DNA of 64,000 nucleotides, taken from positions 480,001 through 544,000 of the forward strand of contig CAWECG010000001.1 of assembly GCA_963807605.1 (NCBI GenBank). Direction: 5' to 3'. Made by a program: the position numbers and the translations under genes. Origin of the DNA: Candidatus Bathyarchaeota archaeon. GTDB lineage: Archaea > Thermoproteota > Bathyarchaeia > 40CM-2-53-6 > RBG-13-38-9. Under the pieces are notes generated by a model. The model was not told the DNA's origin and ran no database searches. It was given only the letters and a program-made list of their open reading frames with translations. Shown here piece after piece: positions 52,782 to 63,841 of this stretch (position 1 is its first letter; each line of letters starts with the position of its first letter).

Positions 52782-53030
52782 AAAACCAAAATATCAACTG
52801 CAATCTCCTCCAAGCGTCTACCTGAAATTTCAATGATAACTTCTGAAATCCCGAATAAGTTAGAAATAGGGGAAGGCCGCGCGCTCGATATACCTAAGAC
52901 TTGTTGCTGTTCACCAATGAAGAAGGTCGATTAAGGGCATAACTCTAGCCTGTTCACGCGTACCATGTACGTCTTATCACTTCACTTTTTTTTGACTCGT
53001 CCTATGATGAAAAATATGTGGGATATCCTG

Positions 53031-53374
53031 ATGATAAAGACAAAAAGGGTCTATGAAAGGCCATCAAGGGAAGATGGAACTAGAATTTTAGTCGATAGGT
53101 TATGGCCTAGAGGAATTAGTAAAGATGCTGCAAAAGTTGATGAGTGGATGAGGGAGATCGGGCCGTCCGACAAATTAAGAAAATGGTTCGGGCATGATCC
53201 CAAAAAATGGGACGGGTTTAGAAGAAGATACGTGGAAGAGTTGAAGCAGAAGAGCGACTTGACGAACAGATTAAGCTTGATATCGAAGAAAGGAACATTG
53301 ACCTAGTCTATTCAGCCAAGGATGAGCTTTTCAACCAAGCAGTAGCATTGAAACAGTTCTTAGAAGAAGCCTAA
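53031..53374 (+). pseudogene. DUF488/YeaO-family protein, frameshifted near 53302
   Basis: RILVDRLWPRG, LRKWFGHDP; LVYSAKD..NQAVAL lies in another frame. Confidence 0.85.
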
Positions 53375-53463
53375 CTGTTCCAGCCTTGGTTGAGAGTTAG
53401 TTTGAGAATAGGAGCGCGCGCACAGGGTATTTGCAAACACAAAAGAGATTCACACTTGGGTGT

Positions 53464-53586
53464 TGGTGCTCCGGGCGGGATTTGAACCCGCGATCAGCGA
53501 CTCTGAGGAGGCTTTCCCCGCTCTAAGGCACGAAAGGCCGCTATGCTGTCGGCCCTGCCTTGCTAACCGGGCTACACCACCGGAGC
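53464..53586 (-). tRNA. tRNA-Glu(UUC) with D-loop and anticodon-loop introns
   Basis: Acceptor GCTCCGG/CCGGAGC-ACCA, T-arm GCGGG TTCAAAT CCCGC, GCGGC CT TTC G anticodon arm interrupted by extra sequence. Confidence 0.85.
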
Positions 53587-53715
53587 ACCTTAGGAAAGCA
53601 AGCTCTTCAACCTTTAATCTCTTTCGAACTTTCCCGTGGAATAAGAAACTCAGCTTTCTATCTCTTGGAATTATAAGGAACAAAACGCCGATATCTTACA
53701 GCAACAAGGATTTCA

Positions 53716-54006
53716 CTATCTGATGTGGAAGTCTTGAAATTCCCCTTTCCACGACTCCCACTCAATTTCAGCATCCTCAACTTCAGCACCGGGAGGACCC
53801 CTCCTGCAAAACTCCAACATCCCGTCAACCTTTTCCTTATCTCCCTCGAAAACGGCTTCCACCCGCCCGTCTGGCAAGTTTCTAACCCAGCCCGAAACCC
53901 CTAGCAGTGAAGCACCCTTCCTCGTCTCGTGTCTGAAGAAGACACCTTGAACCAACCCACTGACGTAAACGTGCGCCCTAACCTTCAACCAGCCTAGACC
54001 CCACAC
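53716..54006 (-). CDS. acyP: Acylphosphatase
   Basis: VSGLVQGVFFR, GWVRNLPDGRVE. Confidence 0.95.
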   Translation of the reverse strand: MWGLGWLKVRAHVYVSGLVQGVFFRHETRKGASLLGVSGWVRNLPDGRVEAVFEGDKEKVDGMLEFCRRGPPGAEVEDAEIEWESWKGEFQDFHIR

Positions 54007-54105
54007 ACCATTGCGAATTTACGTTAACAGCGCGCGCGCTCTAAGATTTCTGCTAACTAGTTCTAAGACCTGCCCAAATTTATCAGTTAAATATCCTGAC
54101 AAAAA

Positions 54106-54819
54106 CTACGACCGCTCACTCTCTAGGAGTGTAATTTGAGCAAAAAAGCCTGCAAACTCTCCTCTCAGGGCTCTAGAAGCCCCAGTAATCAAGGCGAAAT
54201 ATACTACCTTTGGCATATCCCATCCGGCCTCGTGGTACTCCTTTGCAATATCGATTTCGAAAGTGGACCAGGCATTCAGTTTCGCTTCTACAACCTTAAT
54301 CCTGTGATTGCCAATCATGAAAACGTCTGACTTCTGATCTGAGAAGACCACCCATAACAAATGTTGACCGTCGCTGATCTCTAAGCCAAAAGCAGTGTCA
54401 GGCATTTTCGTGGTCTTATCATAGACATATGGAAAGGTAGGGTAGACGGAGAGTTGCACACGTGAGTTAAAGAGCCTAGAAAGTTTATCAGCCTTGACTT
54501 CCTGTATTACTCGAACCATGGCCCAAACATACTGATCATTCATCCCATCTTGGAAGAGATGTATGCCCAAGCATCTTTGGCGATCCACAACATCCTGCCT
54601 CAAGTAGGCACTATCACCCGGGCCAAGAGATTGTTCAACATCCCAGTAGAGCAGGCCAGTTCTGCCGTTTCCAGAAGTATCAGAATAAATGTACTTCAGG
54701 TCAGTGTTGAGAAGGATCGGTTGCATGTAGACCTGCCCCTGATAGCTGATGAAGGCAAAAGCCAATACTGTGGCTGCTATCAGTATGCTAGCCGCTGAAA
54801 TGTAGCGGTAACCAACCAT
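54106..54819 (-). CDS. Secreted/membrane-anchored hypothetical protein, paralog A
   Basis: N-terminal TM; shares FG.EI.DG..LLW.VFSD and HRI motifs with the neighbour. Confidence 0.75.
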   Translation of the reverse strand: MVGYRYISAASILIAATVLAFAFISYQGQVYMQPILLNTDLKYIYSDTSGNGRTGLLYWDVEQSLGPGDSAYLRQDVVDRQRCLGIHLFQDGMNDQYVWAMVRVIQEVKADKLSRLFNSRVQLSVYPTFPYVYDKTTKMPDTAFGLEISDGQHLLWVVFSDQKSDVFMIGNHRIKVVEAKLNAWSTFEIDIAKEYHEAGWDMPKVVYFALITGASRALRGEFAGFFAQITLLESERS

Positions 54820-54861
54820 GGCGTCTCCCCCCTCAATATTGGTTAGGCCTCATCCTTTATT

Positions 54862-55557
54862 CTAGTCAACTAGAACTTTCGAAAAGTATCCTTGAAATGT
54901 TCCAGGAAGATTCCTCGTTGAACCCATCACAAGGCTGAAAGAGAGCGAATCAGGCTGCTTGCGGGTAAGCTTAGCATATTCTGCTCCAACATCTATCTCC
55001 CTGTATGACCATTGATGCAACGGAGTCTCCACAATAACAATCCTATGACTTGGCAGACTATAAGCTTCAGATTTCGAATCGGAGAAAACAAACCAGAGAA
55101 GGTTGCTACCATCATTAATCTCTACTCCAAACACATTCAGTGGCTGTCTCATCTCCCCAGCATATTTGTAGGAGAAATTAACATATAGCCAGATGCCAAT
55201 CTTAGACTTTAGAAATTCTCTGAGTGCTTGTCCCCTAATGTCCTGTCGGATATGCACGCTTGCCCAGGTATAAGAATCATTCAAGCCATCTTGATATACA
55301 CTGATCTTCATGCATTCTCTACCCGAAATACGGGTGGGTATGAGCGAGATACTGTCGTTGCCTCCTAGAAAGTAGTCGGTAGTCCACATGTACGGCTTTA
55401 ACCCACCTTGGGGTTCGCGCGTCCAATATCGAAAGTCATTATTCAAGAGGATTATGGAGGGTGACTCTTGACCGTAGTAGTTTGCGAAAGCGATGTAAAC
55501 TGATGCTCCACTAAGAATAATCGATGCTAGAAGGAGGGGCGGTCGCCAGTTTATCAT
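54862..55557 (-). CDS. Secreted/membrane-anchored hypothetical protein, paralog B
   Basis: As for paralog A. Confidence 0.75.
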   Translation of the reverse strand: MINWRPPLLLASIILSGASVYIAFANYYGQESPSIILLNNDFRYWTREPQGGLKPYMWTTDYFLGGNDSISLIPTRISGRECMKISVYQDGLNDSYTWASVHIRQDIRGQALREFLKSKIGIWLYVNFSYKYAGEMRQPLNVFGVEINDGSNLLWFVFSDSKSEAYSLPSHRIVIVETPLHQWSYREIDVGAEYAKLTRKQPDSLSFSLVMGSTRNLPGTFQGYFSKVLVD

Positions 55558-56793
55558 CGTTCTTCAGCTGAGATCTGGGTTATAGCAACTATGAGCATTG
55601 GTATCCAGTAAATAAAATATGTCTGTAGTCCTCGGAACGAGAACCATAATATTAATGGTGGAAATGCCCAGAGAGCGAACTTCAATCTGTCAAAGTAGAG
55701 GTAGTAGTTAAGCAAGAGGACAAAAAAAACAGTCAGAGTACAGATCGTGTAGAAGGCTGGGGGCAGAGGTACGCCACTCACTTGGGAGATCATAGACAAC
55801 CCTTGCGAAAGGATAACTAAACCTGCAGATACAGGAGTCAAAACGCCGTCTATCCAGGCGGGTAAGTTCCAGACGATAAAACGGATATTTGGCACTAGGA
55901 AAGCAAGAGATGTGTACGACAAAAACATCAGACAACGTCTCTTACGGAGATTATTAGGTGCTGATCTCCACTGCCAAACAAGAAGGAATGGGAAGGCAAG
56001 CCAAGTAATCTGTTTGATTGCGCATGCTAATCCATAAGCCACGCCTGCTCTCAGAGGTTTATCGATTTCGAATGCAACTATTACAAGTGGTAGAACCCAA
56101 AGGAAGTCTGTTACAGAACCAGCAGTAAAATCAATGGCAAGATCTGACCCTGCAAGGATGGGGAGCAGACCAATAACCTTGAAGTGTGGAGGCAACTTCC
56201 TATACATTAGAAGAAGCGTAGCGAATTCAAATGCCAAAACGACGAAACGCATGTCTCGGGATACCGATCGCGACTGCAGGCACAAATATCAAGAAATGAA
56301 GTGCAGGATAATTCATAGTTGTGATTATCTTTCCAGTAGAGGTGAGTGTAAAAAATTCTGGATCTACCGAGAAGGCTGCAAGACCTTCGTGGAGGTCCGA
56401 ACCGTACGGGTTGTCTCCATGAAGCAGAACTTTGGCTGCTTGATGACTTAGAGCCATAGCATCAGTTCTATAAACGCCTTCGAACTCAACCACTGCTGTT
56501 ACGTATGTGCTGACAACAATTACAAATATTATTGCCAGAAGAGCAACAGTTGAACCCAATCTCAGATTAAGCGGCCTGAGTGTAGCCAAAAAGAATAGTG
56601 TAAAAGCAAACAAATACGTAGTTATAATAAGAATGACAACCTCAGGATGAGTTGTGATTTTGCCTCTTATCCAGTTCTGATGGCCCTCTGCGAGTAATAA
56701 GCCAGCTAGAAAGAGTAATGAAATCCTTACAACAAACTCACCAGACTTGCCGAGAGACATCATTATTGATGACCCTTCTTTGATAGTTCTCAT
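55554..56793 (-). pseudogene. GT-C (GT87-like) membrane glycosyltransferase, frameshifted near 56259
   Basis: TDA..HQAAKVLLHGDNPY, NYPALHF..., then RDMRF, GLACAIKQ in the second ORF. Confidence 0.75.
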
Positions 56794-57153
56794 ATCTCTT
56801 GCGCGCGCTATGAGTAGAATTGGATTTACTGGTACTTGAAGCTTAGTAACACTTTTTCTAGCGCGCGCTAGATACTGATTGCGGATCAGGAAACGATGAC
56901 GAGTGTATGTTTAAAACTCTGGCCTCTGGGGCGAGCACTACGGGACAGGGTCAACGTGGAACCCTGCGCGCGCGTGACCAGACTACTGAGATCATTATCA
57001 TGAGTTTTGGTTTACCGTTGACTCTTCTTAGAAGAGTGTGTGCACCACACTGCTATACTTAGACAAGCGAATCTTTCGGACTCGTAGATTATCTTGAAGA
57101 GGATAATTCTCTCTTAATGAGCTCTTAAAAAATGGGCTCACATTCCACCTGCT

Positions 57154-58272
57154 CTAGGAAACCCAGACCTGTAGCACAAATTGGTACCAGATAAGTAAGC
57201 TCGCTAACATAAAAAATGTGACTGCAACGGCCAAGGCTAACAGGTTTCTCATTCTAACAATCAACCAGACTGGAAAGATGAACGAGAAGAATCTTGGAAG
57301 AGAGTTATAGTTACCAAAGTACAGTAATGACAGATACACTGAGAGACTATAGATTGCAAGTTTACCGTCGATTCTAAAGACACAGAAGACTAGATACCCA
57401 GTGAAAATGATGAACGGCAGTAGGAAAAAATCGAATTTTGGGAATGCCAAGACATTACTGCTAAGGAACGGTGTGATGTAGCGTTGGAACCATCCAAACT
57501 CGAAAGCTTGCTTTATCCAGAATGACTGTTGCGTTGCAAAGGCAAATGCATCTCCAGTTGTAAGGTACAGATAGTACATCCAGCCGAGAAGGGCAGTAAT
57601 AGGCACTGAGATGATCGGAAACTGTTTGAATTTCCTCTTGAGAAGCAGATTAAGAGCTACGGGAATAACTATGGCTACTCCATACGGTCTTGTCAGGGTT
57701 GCGACGGTTGCTGCTAACATTGAAGAGATGAACCTGCCCCGAAGATGGAGATACCACGTGGCGAGTGTAGAAAAGAGGAAGAGGGACTCTGTATAAGAGA
57801 CTGTTGTGAAGAGGAAGACGTAGGGGAAGGTTGCAGTCAACAATGTTGAAGCAGCCGCCTCAGCTCTTGACATGTAATGTTCAGCAACAAGCTGAAGCAA
57901 AGGAATAGAGGCCAAGCCGAGTACAAAAGAGATGATGAAGGCTGAGAGCCAAAAGTCCCCTGTCATCAGTTCAACCGCCTTGCAGAGGACTGGGTAGGCT
58001 GGGAAGAAGACGTACATTGGAGGATAACTATACCACTCCTTGGCCAACTTGATATACCAGCCGGTGTCTTGTGCACTGAAAAGGTAGAGCCACAGTTGGG
58101 TTGGACCTAAAGTACCCCAAATACTCATCCACGGAGTTTTGAAGCTTCCCTGAATGCTGAGACGTTGATAGATAAAGAGTGAACTGAAAAGTTTCAGGAG
58201 ACTAACGATACTAACAGGGAAGATAAGGCGCACCTTCCCCTCAAGCATCTTCGCTGCAGTATCTTGCAACAT
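57154..58272 (-). CDS. PIG-V-like mannosyltransferase (GT-C)
   Basis: QDTGWY..LA, VFFPAYP, YTESLFL, LTRPYG, LPRF. Confidence 0.85.
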   Translation of the reverse strand: MLQDTAAKMLEGKVRLIFPVSIVSLLKLFSSLFIYQRLSIQGSFKTPWMSIWGTLGPTQLWLYLFSAQDTGWYIKLAKEWYSYPPMYVFFPAYPVLCKAVELMTGDFWLSAFIISFVLGLASIPLLQLVAEHYMSRAEAAASTLLTATFPYVFLFTTVSYTESLFLFSTLATWYLHLRGRFISSMLAATVATLTRPYGVAIVIPVALNLLLKRKFKQFPIISVPITALLGWMYYLYLTTGDAFAFATQQSFWIKQAFEFGWFQRYITPFLSSNVLAFPKFDFFLLPFIIFTGYLVFCVFRIDGKLAIYSLSVYLSLLYFGNYNSLPRFFSFIFPVWLIVRMRNLLALAVAVTFFMLASLLIWYQFVLQVWVS

Positions 58273-58559
58273 ACCAAGAGACTCCAGAAGTAACTCAGGT
58301 ATTTCCTGAAGATAACAACTCCTTCTTTATGAGTTCCTTGATTGTGATGCTGAGGGTTCTTGTCGGAGCTTGCTCACGATCCTCGGAAGTGGCGTAGACT
58401 TCGAGCGCTAATAGGCGGGCCATGACCTTGAAGACTCGTTTGTAACCAAAATGCCGACCATAGCGGATCCTGCGCAGAAAGTAGAGGTCTAATCCTGAGA
58501 GCTGAAGGCCCCCTGCAGAACAAATATTCACTTAATGAAGTAAATCCGGACGCGCGCGC

Positions 58560-58830
58560 TTGTTTAGGCAATCCACTCCTTCGATACAAATTGGAACCAT
58601 ATAAGTAAGCTCATCAAAAGGAAAAAGGTAACCGCAACAACCAAAGCAAACAGGTTTCTCACTCTGGCGGCAAACCATACTGGAAAGATGAAGGAGAAGA
58701 ATCGTGGAAGTGAACTGAGGTTACCAAATTACAGTAATAAGAGACACGGTGAAAGACTGTAGACTAGCGCGCGCTAAGCAACCAAATATGAAATATCCAA
58801 GTGGAAACTTAATATGCCAAAAAAATCCAG
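58560..58830 (-). pseudogene. Remnant of a paralog of the 57154-58272 mannosyltransferase 3' end
   Basis: Clear nucleotide similarity to 57170-57400; bounded and interrupted by (GC)n at 58551 and 58767. Confidence 0.8.
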
Positions 58831-58968
58831 CTTGAATAATTAAGCCGGTACCAACGTTTCTCTATGTATTCTTCTCGTTTTTTTGGGCTATTCGATCTTT
58901 TCAAAAATAATAAGCCATCTCGGTCTACGTGAGAGCGCGTAAGGAATTGGCAGGAAAAAGGGGTCTCA

Positions 58969-59388
58969 CTATTCTCCGATGATTGTTATCAGGACTTCTC
59001 TCTCCGCAGGGCCGAGCATTTCAAGAAGATAGGCTGCCTGCCACTCTCCCAGCTGAAGTCTGCCCTTTCGAATGGGAATCTGTAAGCCACTTCCCAGGAC
59101 CATGCCCAACGTGTGGCTACGAACTATCTTAGGATCGAATCCTCGGGTTTCAAGATAATTAAGCCTCGTCTTGTCCAGAAAGTCTATTGAGTCAAAGAGC
59201 CTTGCTATGACAGGCTCCTCGCGCTTAACCCCTGTCGTCAGGAGAGCTGTCGTGTGTTTAGCAGATCCGAATAGAATACCCTCCTTGACACCTGACTCAG
59301 CGACTGCGTTAGCCAGTTGGTCGGTCACTTCAATAACCTGTCTTCCAGTCTCGGTCTTTAACCTCAGATCCTTAGTGAAGATCTTCAT
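58969..59388 (-). CDS. YjbQ/UPF0047 family protein
   Basis: HTTALL, SH, LQLGEWQ..YLLE..GP.ER. Confidence 0.82.
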   Translation of the reverse strand: MKIFTKDLRLKTETGRQVIEVTDQLANAVAESGVKEGILFGSAKHTTALLTTGVKREEPVIARLFDSIDFLDKTRLNYLETRGFDPKIVRSHTLGMVLGSGLQIPIRKGRLQLGEWQAAYLLEMLGPAEREVLITIIGE

Positions 59389-61838
59389 TCAAATGCACTC
59401 TCCTCAGCAGTCTCAGGGCTCTGCCTCTCAACCGACAATCGCGAATGGAGGGCAGACTCCATCAGGACCTTCCGCTCGATCTGAGCCACCATCTGCCGGG
59501 TCTGCACGGCAACATCTTGATTGATGCTTATGCTATCTATCCCGTTACGTATCAGGAACTCTGTAAAGTCCGGAAACTCCGACGGTGCCTGACCGCATAT
59601 CGATACCTTTCCCCCATTCTTGTGGACAACTCTGATGAAGTGTTGAATGGCTCTCAGGACCGCCTCGTCGCGCTCGTCAAAGACCTTCGACAACTTGGAT
59701 GAGTCACGGTCGCATCCTAGAATAAGTTGTGTCAGATCATTACTCCCGATGCTGAAGGCATTCACGAGCTTCGCAAACTGATCTGCAAGGATGACGTTGG
59801 AGGGAACCTCACACATCATCCAGATTTCAAGATCATGACTTCGACTGAGACCCATCTCCGCCATTATCTGAAGGACTCTCCTAAGCTCGTTTGGAGTGCG
59901 GACGAAGGGGATCATAATGTGTAAGTTCTTGAATCCTCGCTCTTCACGGACCTTCTTTATTGCCTCAAGCTCAAGCCTGAAGGCAGGCTCGTAAGCTGGG
60001 TCGACGTATCTGCTTGCGCCCCGCCAGCCGAGCATGGGATTATCCTCTTGAATCTCGTACTTCTCACCGCCCTTCAGCGAACGATACTCATTGGTCTTCA
60101 GATCCGAGAGGCGCACGACGACGGGGCGAGGAGCGAAAGCCTCAGTCACTTTCGAAATCCCGTCAACCAATCCGTCGATGAACTTTTCAGGCCTCCCAGT
60201 CTCAATCAGGTGCATCGGATGTTCTCCAACGTAGGTCGCTAGGATGAATTCCATCCTCATCAGGCCGACACCATCCACTGGGAGCTTACCGGCTTCAGCT
60301 GCACGTTCCGGAACGCCGAGGTTAACATAGATCTTGGTGCCTGTGACAGGAGCCTCGGCCTGCGTGAATGTATATGGAGTGGCTTGTCTCGCCGGTAATG
60401 TCCCCTCCTCAAGTGCGGGCTTGGGCCCTAACGCTTCAGGCAACAACCCTTCGTAGACAGTTCCTCGCGAGGCATCGACGGTGATGTACTGGCCTGTTCG
60501 AAGTTTCTTTGTCCCATCACCGGTGCCGACTACACAAGGTATGCCCATCTCTCGGGAGACTATGGCGGCATGGCAGGTCATTCCACCTTGATCTGTCACT
60601 ATCGCGGCGGCCTTCCGCATGATGGGAACCCAGTCCGGAGTCGTCATATCTGTCACAAGAACCTCGCGGTCCTTGAATTCGGAGGACTTTTCCAAGTCAA
60701 GGATAATGTGAGCTTCACCCGCTGCAGTACCCGGTGATGCTGGAAGTCCAGTCAGAAGTTTTCTACGCTCGGTGGTCGGCTCGACTCTTTCTCTGATCTC
60801 CTTCGTCTCCTTCTTGACTGTGAAGATGTGCTCTTTCATCTTCTCAGTCCAGACCGTCTCCGGTCTACTCTGAACAATATACAACTTATTACTGTCAGCC
60901 TCCAGGGCCCACTCCATATCCTGTGCTATCTTGTAATGCTCTTCCAAGCTCACTGCATATCGGGCAAGTTCCTTGATCTGGTCATCGCTGAGGCAGGGCA
61001 CGTTCTGAAGGTCCGCAGGAACCTGTTTTTCCTCTGTTCCACCTTCAGGCTTTGCCAGGAGCATGGTCTTCTTGACGGCTATCTTCTTGCTTGCAATCTT
61101 GAGGTCTGACTTTGAGATGATATACTCGTCTGGAGTAATCCTGCCTTGGACGATGAATTCTCCCAAACCCCATGAGGCTTCGATGACGACAACCTTCCTA
61201 TCGCCTGTCACTGGATGAAGAGAGAACATTACCCCGCTGGCTTTTGCAGGAACCATCTTCTGCACTCCGACGCTGAGGTAGACCTTCTCATTGTCGAAGC
61301 CCTTCTCTTCTCGGTAAGTCGTTGCTCTGGGTGTGAAGAGGCTTGCAAAGCATTTCTTTACGCTCGTGAGTAATTCCTTGACTCCCTTTACGTTAAGGTA
61401 CGTATCCTGCTGACCTGCAAAACTTGCTCCTGGAAGATCCTCAGCCGTCGCTGAAGATCTGACGGCGACAAGTACCTCTTTCTGCCCCTCTGCGGTGCTG
61501 AGTTTGGTATAGTATGACGATATTTCCTCAGCAAGTCCGTCGGGCATATCGGCTGTCTCCATGATCTCTCTGACCTTTGAAGTCTTCTCGTTAAGTTGCT
61601 TGAGATCCTTTACATCAAGATCTGATAGGAGTGAAAAGACCCTGTCCCTAATGCCGCTCCTCTCAAGGAAGAACCTGTACGCATACGAAGTGACGGCAAA
61701 TCCTGGGGGAACTGGAACCGCTGCCTTAGTTATCATCTCTCCGAGATTGGCACATTTGCCACCGACAAGAGCTGTGTCCTCTTTACCGATCTCAGTGAAC
61801 GGCAGAACAAACCTTTTCTCTTTAGGAGTCTGGCTCAA
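59385..61838 (-). CDS. ppsA: Phosphoenolpyruvate synthase
   Basis: VGGKCANLGE, RSSATAEDLP, GGMTCHAAIVSRE, SIGSNDLTQ. Confidence 0.97.
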   Translation of the reverse strand: MSQTPKEKRFVLPFTEIGKEDTALVGGKCANLGEMITKAAVPVPPGFAVTSYAYRFFLERSGIRDRVFSLLSDLDVKDLKQLNEKTSKVREIMETADMPDGLAEEISSYYTKLSTAEGQKEVLVAVRSSATAEDLPGASFAGQQDTYLNVKGVKELLTSVKKCFASLFTPRATTYREEKGFDNEKVYLSVGVQKMVPAKASGVMFSLHPVTGDRKVVVIEASWGLGEFIVQGRITPDEYIISKSDLKIASKKIAVKKTMLLAKPEGGTEEKQVPADLQNVPCLSDDQIKELARYAVSLEEHYKIAQDMEWALEADSNKLYIVQSRPETVWTEKMKEHIFTVKKETKEIRERVEPTTERRKLLTGLPASPGTAAGEAHIILDLEKSSEFKDREVLVTDMTTPDWVPIMRKAAAIVTDQGGMTCHAAIVSREMGIPCVVGTGDGTKKLRTGQYITVDASRGTVYEGLLPEALGPKPALEEGTLPARQATPYTFTQAEAPVTGTKIYVNLGVPERAAEAGKLPVDGVGLMRMEFILATYVGEHPMHLIETGRPEKFIDGLVDGISKVTEAFAPRPVVVRLSDLKTNEYRSLKGGEKYEIQEDNPMLGWRGASRYVDPAYEPAFRLELEAIKKVREERGFKNLHIMIPFVRTPNELRRVLQIMAEMGLSRSHDLEIWMMCEVPSNVILADQFAKLVNAFSIGSNDLTQLILGCDRDSSKLSKVFDERDEAVLRAIQHFIRVVHKNGGKVSICGQAPSEFPDFTEFLIRNGIDSISINQDVAVQTRQMVAQIERKVLMESALHSRLSVERQSPETAEESAFE

Positions 61839-62012
61839 GACTGATCTAGTTATTATTCTCAGTTTCCCGAATTAAGTCTGATCTCATTATCGCTAAATAT
61901 CATTCAGAACGCGGGACCAGATTTACGAGCTAAGCGCGCGCTTAGAAAAGGATCTTTCAAATCCTTTGCGTTTAAGGGATAATTCCTAATATTGAGAGAG
62001 TGCCTCTAGGGG

Positions 62013-62990
62013 CTATTTCTTCTTTGTCCTTGCAGTCTTCCTTCTTACTCTGTAGACTGCTGCGCTCGCGATTCCAATGGCGATTATGGCAAGTATCAGG
62101 ATGGGATAGACGGTTTCTTGGGCCGAGATCGTAAACCCTGCCTGAGGACTTTGAGTCGTCGGGGGCACGACTCCTGTGGGCGGTGTTTGAGTGGGCGATG
62201 GTGGTCCTGTGGTGGATCCGCTGCCCCATAAGGAGGTTGAGTCCAAAAAGTAGTTGTAGGTTGTTACACGTGCGCCTTTCTCACTCGTAGCCTGTAACTT
62301 GTTTGACGATGATACTAGGAGGCCTGTGGTCCTTTCAAAGTTGAAGGTATAGTCTGCGGTGCCATTAGTGTCCAGCCATGGATCCTTTGCAGATGGACCT
62401 GAGTAGCGGAGTACTATAGCTGGGAGGCTTGACCCTTGAAAGTCTACGTTTCCAAGCGAGACGGTGCAGTTGATCTTTCCAGTGATGCTTTGGTAGGGAA
62501 TGTGCTGGCCTTCTGTGAGGGATGTTGATACGAATTCGATGGCGGGCATTCCAACTATGGCAGGATCCTGTTGCGTACTATTGTCCGTCTCATTCCTTAC
62601 GACGCGAGCTCTGTAGGTGAGGGTATCACTGTCGACCGCGGTTCTTTCAGTGAAGTTATAGAAATTAACTTTTGGTTCTTGTTTGAAATAGCCGGTGCCG
62701 TCTGTTGAGAAATTAGTCTCTTCGCTCTTCTCGATTACGAATGTGGAGGAGTTAAGAGGAACTATAATGGCGCGACCTCTGACCGCGATGGTATTTGTGA
62801 ACACTCCCGTGTAGTTGCCTGCCCCTTGTAGTTCGCTACTTGATGTGACATGATAAGTCCAATATGCATCTTTAGCAAGAGCACCATTCGCCGCACCTGC
62901 ATCTCCCATAACTAGCATGAACATCGATAGGGCTAGGAGAAAGACGAAGATGTTAACGCAGGTGATCTGGCGCAAGCTAATCCTCGACAC
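62013..62990 (-). CDS. Secreted Thr/Pro-rich surface protein with C-terminal membrane anchor
   Basis: Signal peptide, many NxT sequons, P/T linker, TM + basic tail. Confidence 0.78.
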   Translation of the reverse strand: MSRISLRQITCVNIFVFLLALSMFMLVMGDAGAANGALAKDAYWTYHVTSSSELQGAGNYTGVFTNTIAVRGRAIIVPLNSSTFVIEKSEETNFSTDGTGYFKQEPKVNFYNFTERTAVDSDTLTYRARVVRNETDNSTQQDPAIVGMPAIEFVSTSLTEGQHIPYQSITGKINCTVSLGNVDFQGSSLPAIVLRYSGPSAKDPWLDTNGTADYTFNFERTTGLLVSSSNKLQATSEKGARVTTYNYFLDSTSLWGSGSTTGPPSPTQTPPTGVVPPTTQSPQAGFTISAQETVYPILILAIIAIGIASAAVYRVRRKTARTKKK

Positions 62991-63069
62991 AATAGCGCTA
63001 TGACAGTCTCATATCCTCTTGATTGATAGACTGGTTCGCCTCAGCAATTAGCGTTTCTGAATTCTGATC

Positions 63070-63570
63070 TTAGAGAAACATTCGCATCTCTGTCGTGGGT
63101 TTGAAGCCAAAGGACTCGTAGAGTGGTCTGCTAGCCTCGACAGCATGAAGTGTGAGAGTCTTAAACCCATTCTCTTGGCAGTATTGAACAATTGTATTTA
63201 GGATTCTTCTTGCCAGACCGCGGCGTCTGTGCTCAGGCGCTGTGTATATACTATGAACGTAGACGTAGCGTAGGGTGTCGTCTTGGGGTCGGGGAGGTTG
63301 CTCGTATATCGAGATCCCGCCGCCTGCTACGGTTTTGTGGTCACTGGACTCTATCAGCCAAGCTTTCAAGGTTCCTGCCGGTTGAGCTTTCTCTAGGTAT
63401 TTTTTGTAGGCTCTATCCATGGCGTCGAGTGCCTTCTCGTCTTTGGCCCCTGTCGCCTCTATGAACATCGCTCTTCTTTGAAATACAAGAACTGGGATAT
63501 CATTCATCGTTGCTTCGCGGAGGACGTATTCGCCACGATCTTTAGCATCAGTCATTCCCAGCCTCTCCAA
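63070..63570 (-). CDS. GNAT family N-acetyltransferase
   Basis: IYTAPEHRRRGLAR, LHA..RPLYESFGF. Confidence 0.92.
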   Translation of the reverse strand: MERLGMTDAKDRGEYVLREATMNDIPVLVFQRRAMFIEATGAKDEKALDAMDRAYKKYLEKAQPAGTLKAWLIESSDHKTVAGGGISIYEQPPRPQDDTLRYVYVHSIYTAPEHRRRGLARRILNTIVQYCQENGFKTLTLHAVEASRPLYESFGFKPTTEMRMFL

Positions 63571-63841
63571 AGTTGCGATTCTTTGCAGATTGTTTCTTGC
63601 AGTCTCTAAAGGCTTTCCTTTGATAAGAGACCACGCTATTCATGGTTCTGGAGTTCAAAAGAACCGGATAGGCTCAAGCTCAGGAGACTAACCACCACGC
63701 AGTCCTGGCGAAGAACCAGGGAATTACCGAATTCCAACAGTAGTCGTACTGCGAAGCAGAAAACATTATTTCTGCCATATGTTAGGCTCTAAGAATATCA
63801 ACAGGAATGGTATCGGTCATTTCCGACTTCGTGATAAGGAC

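Noticed and set aside
53450-53723. Short ORFs on both strands
   Set aside because: They overlap the tRNA-Glu gene.
58295-58589. Two short minus-strand ORFs
   Set aside because: No motif; lie in degraded DNA between glycosyltransferase remnants.
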